This document shows positions 12,310 through 24,715 of a DNA stretch of 56,085 bases, piece by piece. Numbering within the stretch: the stretch's first letter is position 1; the number at the start of each line of letters is the position of its first letter. The notes under the pieces were generated by a model that was not told the DNA's origin, made no database searches, and was given only the letters and a program-made list of their open reading frames with translations. Both the position numbers and the translations under genes were made by a program. Origin of the DNA: Octopus sinensis (taxonomy: Eukaryota); the NCBI RefSeq assembly GCF_006345805.1, contig NW_021833765.1, positions 1 through 56,085 on the forward strand, written 5' to 3'.

Positions 12310-13420
12310 CAGGCTGAGTAAGAAGTTAGCAACCTTTTGAAACACGAAATTCGTCACAATATATTTCAAGAATGCGAAAATTATTTATAACAGTTAGTAT
12401 CATCACAGTCAGCACATTTCTGCCAACGAGTTACAAGTTGTTTGTTTATTCCCGTCAACTAAAAGTCTGGAGTTCTGGAGTTGATGAACTCTTTGAACGC
12501 ACTTTGAGTATCGGTTTGTTTTTTTGAAATTCTTCTCTCGCAGGAAATCATCAAGGTGCTTGAAACATTGGGAAACGGTTGGAGAAAGGTCAGAGGAATA
12601 ATGTGGGTGGGGAAGAACTTCGTAGCCAAGTTTCCTCAACTTCTGGAGCGTCATTAGTAAAACGTGTAGTCGAGTATTGTCATGAAGAACGATTGGCTCT
12701 CATCTGTTGACCTGTCTGGGACGGAAGAATAGCAATCTTTCGTTCATTTTGGCAATTTCATGACGCTATATTTCTGCAGTAATAGGTTTTCCGGGTTTTA
12801 AGAAGTTATAGGGAATAAGTCCAGCAGTACACCACCAGACAGTCACCATAACATTCTTTTTAAAGACCTTGGGGTGAGGGAAGATTTTAGGTTCTTCATT
12901 TTGATCCAAACACTGCGAAATATGATTTTTATTATTGTACAGAATCCACTTTTCATCGCAAGTTACGGAGAAGAAGCGACAAGCATATTTCATATCTGCG
13001 CATTTTCTAATTTTCATTCAAATCATGTAGTACTCAATTGCCGAACTCTTTTGATTTTCCGTTCGCATGAAAACGGTTGCATGCCGTTTTCTGGCTAACT
13101 TGAAGATCTTTTGCGAATTCTCGTCCGCTTTTACGTGGATCTTTCTTAATGATGGTCTTTAATTGACTGAACTGTCATCAATGACAGATGGGTGTCCAAT
13201 ATGCTCATGATTTCCAAAGCCTCAACTGGAAAATCGTTTAAACCATTTTCGAGCTGACCATTCACTGGTCATTTCCTCACACAAAGTTTCGTTGATATCT
13301 CGAACAGTTTCAGCTACTTTACATCCTTTTTTTGAAGATGAATAGCAAAATTACTCGAATATCGCTCTTTGACAGTTCCAGTTCATATAATTCTAACAAC
13401 GGTGAGAAAAAAATCAATGT
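12306..13420 (-). mobile_element. mariner (DD34D) transposon, decayed
   Basis: VTCDEKWILYNN, MVTVWW, LLHDN and EVLPHPHYSSDLSP (YSPDLAP motif). Confidence 0.88.
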
Positions 13421-14301
13421 TAATTTATTGATGCAGTTGGGCAAGTATGTGTCGTTATTATCAGACAGTTGTAAAAAAATGTTATAAAAATTTAAAACAT
13501 TGCAAAAATCTGGTGAAAATTAGCATCTACATCATGTGGTGTATTACAATAATTATTGTAGATATGGGTTTCAAGACTAATGAATGTTCATCACTTTAGC
13601 ATTTGCGCAACGGTGAGTATTTGTGACAATGATATACGTTGCCGCTCGAAATGTTAAGTAATAATAGCCAACTTCCATTGTCTCACACTCTATCGTCTTA
13701 AGTCAGAAAATTACACAACACACAACGGAATATATAAGTAAATCAACAAGATGATTACGACGGAAGCGCCATCAGTAAACAACAAACATCACTTATAACC
13801 AACTTTTAAATCTTTTCTGGGAAACGAGGAAAATTCGTTGAGTTTGCATTTTAGTAACTTGAGAGATGAGGCCATGTCTTTGAGCAGATATAGCCATCCC
13901 AATAATCGATAAAACACTAACACTTTTTTTCAGTAAATGGTTTCTGAAATGTTAACCGGCCTTTATATTACAAATATCATTTTGGTAATATAAATAGCGT
14001 CGAGGGGACTTGATCTCATGGTTAAATGTGCTGTACTCACGATAATGAGGTCGTGGTTTCAGTTCTGGAACGGGAGGAGGTGTATTATGTCCTTTAGTAA
14101 AATGTTTCATCTCATGTTGCCCTGCGACCGACACCTGACGTGTAAGAATGGTGAAGATCTGGGAAGCAGATATATTTCCCGGACATTAAAGACGTACAAC
14201 CAATAATATACATCAACAGAAAGTACTACCACTCACATTAAAAAAATACTTGGAGCATTATTAAAGCACTTGATGTGTTATTAAAATTTAGTATGCTTTT
14301 A

Positions 14302-14605
14302 GGATACCAGCTGCACTGTTAGACAAAAATTTATATGAGGCAATAGAATATACAGATAAGTGGATAAAACTTATTTAACTGTAAAAAATTAAAAACTGAA
14401 GACATATTTGGATACCAGCTTCACTGTGTGACAATAACTTATATGAGGCAATAGAATATACAGATAAGTGGATGAAACTTATTTAACTTCTGTAAAAAAA
14501 AACTGAAGACATATTTGGATACCAGCTTCACTGTGTGACAATAACTTATATGAGGCAATAGAATATTCAGATAAGTAAAAAAATTTAAACTGAAGAGATA
14601 TTTGA
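14302..14605. repeat. Tandem repeat, ~108-bp unit, ~3 copies
   Basis: ggataccagc starts at 14302, 14410 and 14517; each unit contains tatatgaggcaatagaatat and aactgaaga. Confidence 0.9.
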
Positions 14606-15284
14606 AGCCGGTGTTATAGAGGTAAAACAATTTTTGTTACTTTTCTTTGAAGATTTAATATTTATATTTATACACACACGTATATATGATTTCTTTCTTT
14701 CTTTCTTTCCCTCTCTATCTTTCTACTTACACACACACACACACATATATATATATATGTATATCTATCTACCTATCTATCTATCTTTCTATCTAACAAT
14801 GTATATATATATATATTATGTATATATATATATATAATATATTAATATATATAATATATACAGCTGTCGTTTTTAGAAAGGTCAAGACAAAAACATGTGT
14901 TCGAACAACGAGCAAGTGAATTGGAAATGTCTTTTACGTTTCGAGCCTACGCTCTACAACTGAAAGGAATAAGAGAAAATATACAGAGAGAGAGTGAGAG
15001 AGAGAGAGAGAGAACTCGTAGATTTCAGCAATCTGTTTGTCTGTTTGTATGTGTGCATCTATACACGTATATGCATGCATACATACATAATACATACATA
15101 CATACCTACATACATACATACATACATACATACATACATACATACATACATACATACATACATACATACATAATACATACATACATACACACATTCTGTC
15201 TCATTATATAACCCTTTAATTAATTTTTTGCTGAGACTTTTTCGTCTTTGTTGATTTTTGTTATTCCTCCATTATTTTCTACAC

Positions 15285-15375
15285 ATTTTCGGCGGAATTT
15301 GAACGCAGAAATTAAATACGGACGAAATTTTGCTAATCAATTTACTTGAAGCGCTAACGATTTTGCTAGCTGATA
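15285..15375 (-). mobile_element. Decayed tRNA-derived SINE head
   Basis: cggcggaatttgaac..acggacgaaat..gctaacg resembles the SINE at 27893-28117. Confidence 0.5.
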
Positions 15376-15400
15376 CATTTAAATATAGACAGACACAGGC

Positions 15401-15436
<36 letters not shown>

Positions 15437-15688
15437 AACGTGTATATATATATATATTTGTATATGTGTGAGATCATTGGTACATTATATGTAAATATAC
15501 AGATGCGATACATGCGCATATATATGGGTGCATACATGTGCGTATACATGTGTGTGGGGGCATATGATCTGTAGGAGGATATTAATGCGTATGAGTATAC
15601 GTGTGTGTATACATATGTATGCATGTATGCACATGTACATGCGTATGTAAATAGTATGTGTGCAAACATGTGTATGTGTCTACATATA

Positions 15689-15723
<35 letters not shown>

Positions 15724-15924
15724 GCATGCATGTATATGTATATATCTATACGTGTATGTATGTATCTATGTGTATATATATGCATGTGTATAGATACTAT
15801 TTTTATACATGTGTGTTTATGAGTATACTCGTGCATGTCTGAATACATATGTATATAATTATAAATGTAAACGTTTATATATATATATTTATATATATAT
15901 ATATATATTATGTATGTATATATA

Positions 15925-16110
15925 TCTGTATATATATAAAACTGAGAGTATGAGTCTGTCTGTCTGTCTGTATGTCTGTGTGTTTCCGTAAAACTTGAGA
16001 ACTACGCAACCAATTTCATTCAAAGTTTACACATGCCTTACTTAGGATCCATGTAGCTTCATGGACAAAAAAGTTCAACTTCTTGCCTAGAGCGAGCCCA
16101 TATCAATATC
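15925..16110 (+). mobile_element. Helitron/DINE-1-like non-autonomous element, 5' portion
   Basis: tc..tatatataaaa start, (GTCT)n and actacgcaaccaatttcattcaaagtttacac core typical of such elements. Confidence 0.45.
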
Positions 16111-16898
16111 ATATCTTCTCCACTATTTCAGTATTACGTGTTAAAAGTGAAACAAAAACATTTCTCTATTTTATGTCAGATACTTTCACTTTAATAATAA
16201 AAATAATAATAACAATTGAATTATATGTAGTAAGTAATAATTAAAATCAAACCAAAGTATAATATAATCGTAACATAACAACATTAAAAATAGCAATTGA
16301 TATAAAATTGCATCAATGATTTGAACTTGAATAAGTGGTTTCACATGAATGGGAATAAATTAAAAATAAAATTAGCGTGCAGAAATGGAATAGTCCAGAT
16401 GGATAATAAAAAATTAAATTAAATAAAAGACTATTGTCTATAAAGTATACAATGTAGAGAAAAAAGATTTGAACACATGGAGGAAAGCACCATCGAAAAG
16501 TGTCTTGGTGCGACTATGAAAGGTATCTAATCAGAGGCGGTAAATTCGCCACAATAGAAGCAAGGTTCGAGTCAACGGAGCGTGCAAGGGAGTACTCGAT
16601 TCGAACTTGCAAAGTGGAAATATTTAATTTTTACCTTTATATCTGGGACGTAGGGCTTCCCGGAAAAAAATTTAAATGCATGCCCCCGCCCAACCGAAGT
16701 AGGGGTAGACTTGATTGAAGCCACACTTCTATACAAGCGGGAGGACAAGATACAACTGATCGAAATTACAAGAGACGGGCTAACAATTCCAGTCTGTTAT
16801 ATATTTTGAGTATTGTTATCACTAGCGATATCAAGATATAACTTTGTATGTTGTATTTTATGTGTAGATGTATACATATAGATGTACATGTAATATGT

Positions 16899-16950
<52 letters not shown>

Positions 16951-16952
<2 letters not shown>

Positions 16953-17281
16953 GCATGGCTCAGTGTTAGAGCGTCGAGCTTACGATCGTGAGGTTGTGAG
17001 CTCGAATCCCGGACCGGGCTGGGTGTTGTGTTCTTGAGCAAGGCACTTTATTTCACGTTGCTCCAGTTCACTCAGCTGTAGAAATGAGTTGCGACGTCAC
17101 AGGTGCCAAGCTGTATCGACCTTTGTCTTTCCCTTGGATAACACTGGTGACGTAGAGAGGGGAGGCTGGTATGCATGGGCGACTGCTGATCTTCCATAAA
17201 CAACCTTGCCCGGACTTGTGTCTAGGAGGGTAACTTTCTAGGTGCAATCCCATGGTCATTCATGACCGAAGGGGGTCTTTA
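16951..17281 (+). mobile_element. tRNA-derived SINE, near full length
   Basis: A-box-like TGGCTCAGTGTTAG and B-box-like GCTCGAATCCC followed by gtgttcttgagcaaggcactttat; a second copy lies inverted at 53048-53364. Confidence 0.85.
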
Positions 17282-17899
17282 AACATATATACATGCACTA
17301 GCACTATGAACCAGTAACGACGGGTCTTTAATGCTAATATATATATATATATTTGTATGTATGTATATATATAAAATACTTCTATCAACAAACATTTTCA
17401 TCCAAAGTCATGTGTCTTACGCATCATTAACAGCCCCCAGACACACACCTAAATCATAGAAAATCACTAACAGAAAGATCTTGGAAAACCATGGTCATTA
17501 GATTTGTGACCAAAGTTCAACTATTCAAATGCTTCAGAAAACACTCCTTTAACACCCTGCCACCTCCCAACGCCACCCCAATCAAGTATATTTTGTTGAC
17601 CATTCACTCCTATCACTTCTATACTGATTAACAAACCCCACCATACCCCCAACACACCGAAACCTCAAATATGGAGTCACGACGCACCAAAACCTCGGAT
17701 CTGTTCCTCAAGGAATGCGAGAAATTACTCCAAAAAAGTTAAGGAATTTCTTGAAAAATCTCCACACCCAAGTTAACAAAGAACGTTTTAGACATATGAA
17801 CTAAAGTATATATTATTAAAAGCATCAAAAATATAAAATTACACTGATTACTAGGAACGCGAGTAAGTACTCCAAAAAGGTTAAGGAATGTTTGGAAAA

Positions 17900-20800
17900 A
17901 TCCCCACACCCAGAGGAATTACAACCATGTTTTGTGGTCTGCTACCCCAACAGCTCCTGTATAGGATCCAGTTAGCTGAAGACGTCATCAGGAAGAACCA
18001 CGTCAGGTTTCGGCCCCTACCCCTCTACCGTTTTGACGTGGCGCACCCCCCCCCCTTTGGGAGGTGTCTTTAGCTCTGGTGTTGGGTGCATGTCTTCGTT
18101 CTTCTTTCTTCTAATCCCTGGCCTCTTTGATGTATCGTCAGTGAGTGTCAGTCGGTGACTGACTGTCTTGTCAAAATTTTCCCTTTAAATACCTGCAGTA
18201 TAGGCTCCAAGAAGTTGTCACGTGGCACTGTCTCACCTTAACTGACTAGTGAAGACGTTAAGTTTTAGCCCGCGCTTTTTCTAAACGACCGTCACATGTC
18301 AGTCAGCTTGTCTCACCTAATGATGTTATTTCCCGTCGGCGTGTTTATGACTTTCAGCCATATATAGAAGCTGGCTTTTTCGACCGCCTCCTGTACTCTC
18401 CTTATTAGTTTACGCAGCTCGGGGCTAGAAAAATCAAATCTTCTTTTGAAAAGCGTTGTCATTTTCCTTTCAATGAAGCCTCTAGCCCCATTGCCAGGTG
18501 ATAATATTCGACATTCCATCCCTGTTCTATGCATTCTTCCATTAGCTTTTCATACCTCTTCTTCTTTCGTTCCTCTGCATTGCCGATGTTCTCTTCCCAA
18601 GGTACTATCAGTTCTAGTAAAATTCCCATTCTCCGGTCTCTGTTCCATAGGACTAAATCTGGTTTTTTTGTTGTTTTTATTAGTGGAAATACTACTTGTC
18701 TTTCCAAGTCCGTGGCCACCTCCCAGTATCCCTTCCATCTTTCGTCTATCTCGTATACTTTACTTGTAGGCCTGGTTTTATAACCTTTTCCCTCCCCGTG
18801 GAAGTATACTTTCCTGCGCTTTCCCACTTTTGGGCACTCTCCCCTATTGTACCTCTCGATCTTATCTTTGAGTGCTGCACTTATGACGCCGAGGGCTTGA
18901 TTATGCCGCCATGTATTTCTTTCAAGTGCTAGTCTGCAACTTGACAGAACATGTCTAACCGTCGCATTCTCTCCGCACCTACACTCATCGGATGTTTTTC
19001 TGTTCCACCGGACTCAGTTCGCCGGTGAGGGGAGAACGTCGAAGATAGACTTGATCAGGAAGGATGTCCTTGCTTGTTCCCAAGCCCAAAGTTCCTTCCA
19101 TGATATTCTGCGGTTGATCACATATTTCTCTCATCTCAGGAACTGTCCCTATTGCCTGCATTGCACCCGCCTTTCTTCGTATACCACTGCCTCTTTCATC
19201 TCTTTTATACTGCTCTTGCAAAATGGCCTGAAATTTTGCGACCCTAGGCCGGTTGTAGCTTCTTGCGTCGCTCCGACTATATCTGCGTGCCTTAGTTTTC
19301 CGATCGCCCTGTTTACACATTATTCTTGGGTACAACCCAAATTGCAGTATCCAACATTTGAATTTTCCCGGCAGCGTTGTTCTGTCAATTGCCTTTAATC
19401 CTTGTTCTACTAACTCGTGTGTTTCTTTCCCTTGCTTCTTATCATTTAATAGATCTCTATACCATCTGCCGAGACTTTTTACTGGTTGTTCTTTCACCGT
19501 TGGTATGTCTTCACTTCCTATCCTGAATTTCACTTCTTGCCTTCCTTTCACGAAAGCCACGCTTCGAGATTTTTGGGCTTTGAATTTCATCCTTGCCCAT
19601 CCTATCAGATCGTCCAACCGCTCTAACGTTCCCTCTGCTGCTTCTCTACTTTCCGATAATATAGTTACATCGTCCATAAAAGCCCTTAATGGTGTCTTAG
19701 TAACAGCTTTCTCACAGTTTGTCGATCTGAGTAGCATTTCCATGACTAGCACGAATAAGATGACCGATATCGTGCATCCGGCTACAATACCTATTTCAAG
19801 CCGTTGCCACTTCGTTGTGAACTTTCCTGCTGTAAATCTCATCCTCAGGTTGTCGTAGTACGACATGAGCATTCGTTGAACATCTTTTGGAATCCAAAAG
19901 AAGTCCATCGCTGTTTTTATTATTGCGTGCGGAACAGATCCATAAGCATTGGCAAGATCTAGCCAAACAATATACAGGTTGGTCTTCATTTGTTTTGCAC
20001 AGGTGATGGCTTCCCAGATGGAAAATGCGTGTTCTATGCACCCAGGGATTCCGGGGATTCCTGCTTTTTGAATCGCTTCATTAACGTATCCGTTATGCTG
20101 TACGAATCTTATGATTCGTCTAGCAATTATTCCGAACATGATTTTCCCGTCTGTATTTAGTAGTGAAATCGGTCTAAATTGGCCTAGTGTTTTCCCCTCT
20201 TTTTCTTTAGGTAGAAAGATACCTTCGGCTATACACCATCGCTCCGCCACATCTTTCTTCTTCCACATTTCTCTTATCAGTGCAAACACCTGCAAACTTA
20301 ATTTCGGGCAATATTTGTATACCTTGTAGCTCACTCCATCGTTCCCTGGTGCACATTTTGCTCTTGATTTTCTTACGAACTCATCCATTCCTTTCCGTTT
20401 CATGTCGCTCAAATCAAATGGTACTCTTGGCTCAGGTGGATTCTTCAGTTCGTGTGAGTACTTCATTTCTGTCAGAGTCGCTGTATGTCTCTTTCAGATG
20501 TTGTTCGAGCTCTTCTTTCGTGCAATCCAATTTTCCGCTTTTACTTTCAGTAAATAGATGTTTCGCATATTGATAGGGATTGTTCACGAAGCTACGATAG
20601 TTCTTTTCTCTCTCCTTTTTTGTTTTCTTAGCAGATCTCGATGCCTCTTTTTTATCTCTTCATATAGCTGCTTTAGTCCTTCTCTTTCCTCCTCCCTTGC
20701 ATCCCTCCATCTGGTTCTGAGTTTTTTCTTCTCTTCTCGAATCTTTGCGATCCGTCTTTCTCTCCTCGATGGTTCGCTCTTTGCCGTTGAGTCTACCTTC

Positions 20801-21050
20801 CCTGTTGTTTCCGGTCCAAATCTTTTCTCTCCTTCCTGGTAGATTGTATTAGCCAGGTTTTCGAGCTTTTGTTCGTCGTCGCCTTTGAATTTGGTGGTCA
20901 TTCTTGCTACCTTCTCTTGTATTGTTGCCAGTAACGGAAGGAAGGAGAGGAAAATCTTCAGCAGTCACCAGATTCGTAGGAAGGGCAATTTTCTTTTTTC
21001 TCAACTCTTTCAAGATGTGCTCCTCCATTCTTTTGAGCTGCTGAAAAACA
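17900..21050 (-). mobile_element. Hero-type (R2 superfamily, RLE) non-LTR retrotransposon, 5'-truncated with internal deletions
   Basis: ORF 18985-20466 has APGNDG, FRPISLLN, QKAGIPGIPGCIEH, VWLDLANAYGSVPH, GCTISVILF and FMDDVT. ORF 18459-18827 has KPDLVLW..LLELIVPWEEN..KKKRY. The N-terminal region has RRERRI..LRTRWRDA..GL. Confidence 0.9.
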
Positions 21051-21237
21051 GTAACAGGTTCCTGGTGATTCTATTGACAACTTGGAATAAAATAAGTAAT
21101 GCAAAAAAGCACCAAACCGGTGTAAATAAATGTTTTAAGGTGTACAAACCGGAAGCGCTTGAAAACACGTCCTATGTATTCCAGAGTGAACAACAACAAC
21201 AGCAACAACAACGATAATAATAATAATAATAATAATA

Positions 21238-21280
<43 letters not shown>

Positions 21281-21294
21281 TAATAATAATGATA

Positions 21295-21475
21295 AACAAT
21301 GTACAAAGCATTCACTGCAGTAATATCACAAAGATTAAACTAGCACCTGGACGAAAACAACCTGTTTCCTGAAGAGCAGAAAGGAGGCCGCAAAGGCTCA
21401 TATGGCTGTAAAGGTCAACTAATGATCAATAAAGTCATAACTGAAGACAGCCACAGAAAGAAGAAAGGCCTATGC
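21295..21475 (+). mobile_element. Short R4/Dong RT fragment following an (AAT)n array
   Basis: Aligns with 35090-35260 (EEQKG.RKGSYGCK.QLMINK). Confidence 0.8.
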
Positions 21476-21534
21476 TATATGTTGATAGATAAGCAAATTC
21501 ATAGTTTGATAGACCGGCATATATATATTTTAGT

Positions 21535-21910
21535 TGTTTGCCTGGTGTAGAGGTTGTAGGCCACTTTTCAAGTCAAACTCTTAGCTCCAAGCACCCAATG
21601 AAGCAGGCGGCCTGTGGCGGGTCTGCACCTTATTAACTGGGGGGCTGCCCACCTCAAGCTGTGCAGTAGCTAATCAATAGGACACGGAGGTCTCTGCCAC
21701 CGTCAGAGGTAACCCGTAGCGCCCATATTTAACGCCAATCTGAACGGACTTATCACTCGTGACTGTTACCTCCCGTGTTTTTTCTGCAGCTTTTTACAGC
21801 AGCACTGAAGTGTCCTCTCCAGTTTTGCGCAGGCATGGGCTACAAATAAGAAAGTCCTGGGTAGCCCAATCGTCAGGATTCCTCTCTAGACCTTGCTGCT
21901 ATGGGGGCAA

Positions 21911-21915
<5 letters not shown>
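21535..21915 (-). mobile_element. Probable RTE-clade LINE 5' UTR fragment
   Basis: GC-richer block whose minus strand (tggagaggacacttcagtgctgct..ggcgctacgggttacctctgacggtgg) resembles recalled RTE leaders; no coding motif to confirm it. Confidence 0.4.
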
Positions 21916-21978
<63 letters not shown>

Positions 21979-21998
21979 AGTATATATCATGCAGTAAC

Positions 21999-23208
21999 CA
22001 CGACGGTCAGCTGAATGGTTTACAGGCTGATCTAAATGCTCCCATGTGATCATATGAGTTTTATTTTTAATAGAGTCCCCACTCATGTCTCAGGTGCTTC
22101 TTCCACAGGTGTTGCAGTGCTTTGATCCCATTGATGAAGAAGCTTTCATCCTGTTGGGCAAAAATATCATCGGCAGCAGATATGGCCTCATCATCACTGC
22201 GATACTGGTTCCCAGCCAAGTGCTTTTCATGATGGGGAACAGATAATAGTCAGATGGGGCCAAGTCAGGAGAATAGCGACAGTGACCAACTAATGCAAAA
22301 CTACAGTCACGCATACCAGTCATTACTGGATATTCTCCTGACAAAAGAAGACCCTTTTCTTCAGTTTTCTTGGGATTTTTGTAACTGCTTCAGAAAGTTG
22401 GCATACTGCTCTCCGTTGATGATGTGGCCCTTCTGAAGATAATAAACACAATGCCTTTTACATACCAAATAACTGAGGCCCTCACCATCCCTGCAAATGA
22501 AACGACCCTGATTTCCTTTCGAGCAGATGAAGAGAGATGTTTCCACTGCATGGATTGTCTCTTTATCTCTAGTTTAAAGGGATTAACCTAACGCTTATCA
22601 TGGGTTAGGAAACGTTCAAAAAGATCAGATGGATCTGCCTCAAAAAATGCCAGATTATCCCGTCATGTGATCAACCTGGAGCGTCAAAAGACGTGGTTCA
22701 CACCGAGCATAAGGCTTTGTCACGCCAAGTTCATTGTGCCAAATATCCTCACCTCTCTCACGAGATATGCTTATAACATTGTCTATTTGACTTATAGTCA
22801 AACATCTGTATTCCATCAACATATGGTGAACATGACCAATGTTTTTCTCTTTGGTGGCTGTTGTAGGACATCCAGACATTGGATCATATTCAAGACTTCC
22901 CCTTGCCCTCCAAAATTAATCTGTCCCCTTTTGCACTGTTGATAAAGCTGAAGCATCATCCCCTAATGTAGCAATTATCTCAGCATGAACGTCTTCAAGG
23001 GCTAAATCCTTTTTTGTGAAGGTACTTGAATACGCCACGATGCCAAATTTTGCTTCTTTTCAAGTGGCGTTGCTACTAGTTACTTCTAAAGTCTTCTTTC
23101 AACAGCCAGATGTCAGTTATGAATATGTTGAGGTGAAATGAATGCATGCAAGATTTCTAGCATCACTCCTTGATAGTCAGCCGACGAACCTTTCAGTTCA
23201 CCCTCGTA
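21999..23208 (-). mobile_element. mariner (irritans-like) transposon with both TIRs, decayed
   Basis: YSPDLAPSDYYLFP and LQKGHIINGEQYANFLKQL; TIR gtcagccgacgaacctttcagttcaccctcgta at 23176-23208 and a degenerate inverted copy at ~21999-22030. Confidence 0.88.
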
Positions 23209-23329
23209 CTTATTGGCTGAGCTGATTCATTTATCAAATTGTTTAAGAGAACCAAATTACTTTCGTAACATGGTAATGGGGGTCGCTGTATAAACGCGTT
23301 TAATCTTTTAAAAAAGATGTACAAAAAAT

Positions 23330-24330
23330 TATTTACATACTCATTTATAAATTAATTCAGTTCTTCGATCTTTCATGGCAAATATATTTATTTCATTCTT
23401 CTCAGAAATGTTCTGCTTTAATCCGTTGTTGAAGTAAATCTTTTTTCAATTGACATAAGAACCAGTCCTGAAAGTCTCTTCTCTCCTGTTGTATTTCTTT
23501 GGTAAGTTTTAATTCTTTACAATGCCGAACAGGGTAGGATCGCTCAACAGAGGCAGTTATAAATGGAATTGTCAAAATAAGGTTGCAAAAATGGAAGAGT
23601 TTTGGTATAGATTCCATCAAATCACTGATGTAAACTTAATGCATTAAATTAATCACACTTTGCTCTTTGAAATCTTGCATAGTTCACTCTGTAATCATGT
23701 GTGTGTGTGTGTATTGTGCGTGTGCATGCGTATGTGTGTGATTGAGTGTGTATGGTTGTGTGCACGCGTGTGTGAATTGAGAAGCAATTTTAATAAAACG
23801 GAAGATAATCTTACATATCCACGAAGCAACGAAAGATCCCTGCCAAAAGGGAGACATTCCAACTTACATAGGGCAAATGTAACAATGAACATTGAATATC
23901 AAAGAGAAAAATAAATAATTTTGTTCTGTTTGGCAAAATTTTGGTACGAGTAGTTTGATTGACAAAGAATTTTGAAGGGGCTTTTATTGGTGCCTTTTGA
24001 CTGAGGTCGAACAGTTAAATTCCATTTCACCATGGGGTCAGTCTATAGTGACACCATTTACACAAAGAACTGACAAAGAGCAGAGAGAGGAATTGACAGA
24101 TAGAGAAAGGAGACCCAAGACGAAAGAGCATCATGCATTTCCAACATTGCTTGACTTTAAATATATTTTTAACGGGATGGGAAATGAGGTCAGGTAGCGC
24201 TGTTTTCAATAATCCAAATAATTCTATATTGATATTGAATCTGACAGTCTTCTTCGAAGCAAATTAACTAATTAGTTTCGTTTTCAATGATTTTGGCAAC
24301 TTTTCGACATAGATACAAATAAATTACGTT
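23330..24330 (-). mobile_element. hAT transposase fragments (C-terminal dimerisation region), interrupted by (TG)n
   Basis: LILTIPFITASVERS (hATC motif) in ORF 23402-23620; weak further similarity at 23930-24200. Confidence 0.55.
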
Positions 24331-24715
24331 GCTAAATCTATATTTGATTTATATATTTAAAAAAATGGGTGGTCAAGCAATGCATCACTTGCGTAGCTGG
24401 AGCACACACCACTGATATATATATATAGCGAGAGGGAGAGAGAAAGAGAGACAGAGATAGAGAAGCAAATAGAAAGACAGATATAAAGATATAAAAACTG
24501 ATAGGTAGGCTTAGCCAGATCCCTAGTGACGTGTTTACATTGACGGTTGTCAGTGGCTCTCATCGGCGCCTTGAGATAAACTCAACTCGACTTGTCAGCT
24601 TATAAGATGACCGTAGAAATCATAAACTGATTTCATAAAAGGTGAAGGTATAAATTAAAAATAACAAGAGCACTCAGAGAGTGCAAACCTCCACCAAGGC
24701 AACACCAACGTCCTT

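Noticed and set aside
16951-17030. tRNA-like sequence with A and B boxes (also 27060-27131 and 53290-53364)
   Set aside because: No complete cloverleaf, and it continues into SINE bodies; these are SINE heads, not tRNA genes
17960-18015. GAAAC...CTGATGA on the minus strand in the Hero 3' UTR as a permuted hammerhead
   Set aside because: Helix II would need a C-C closing pair and there is no room for helix I
21070-21135. ttgacaa..aataagt..aaaccggt resembling the 51-kb hammerheads
   Set aside because: An extra 16 nt, no G12 and no helix I pairing; too decayed to call
21535-21915. HDV-like ribozyme expected in an RTE-type 5' UTR
   Set aside because: I could not assemble the nested double pseudoknot by eye; it needs a descriptor search
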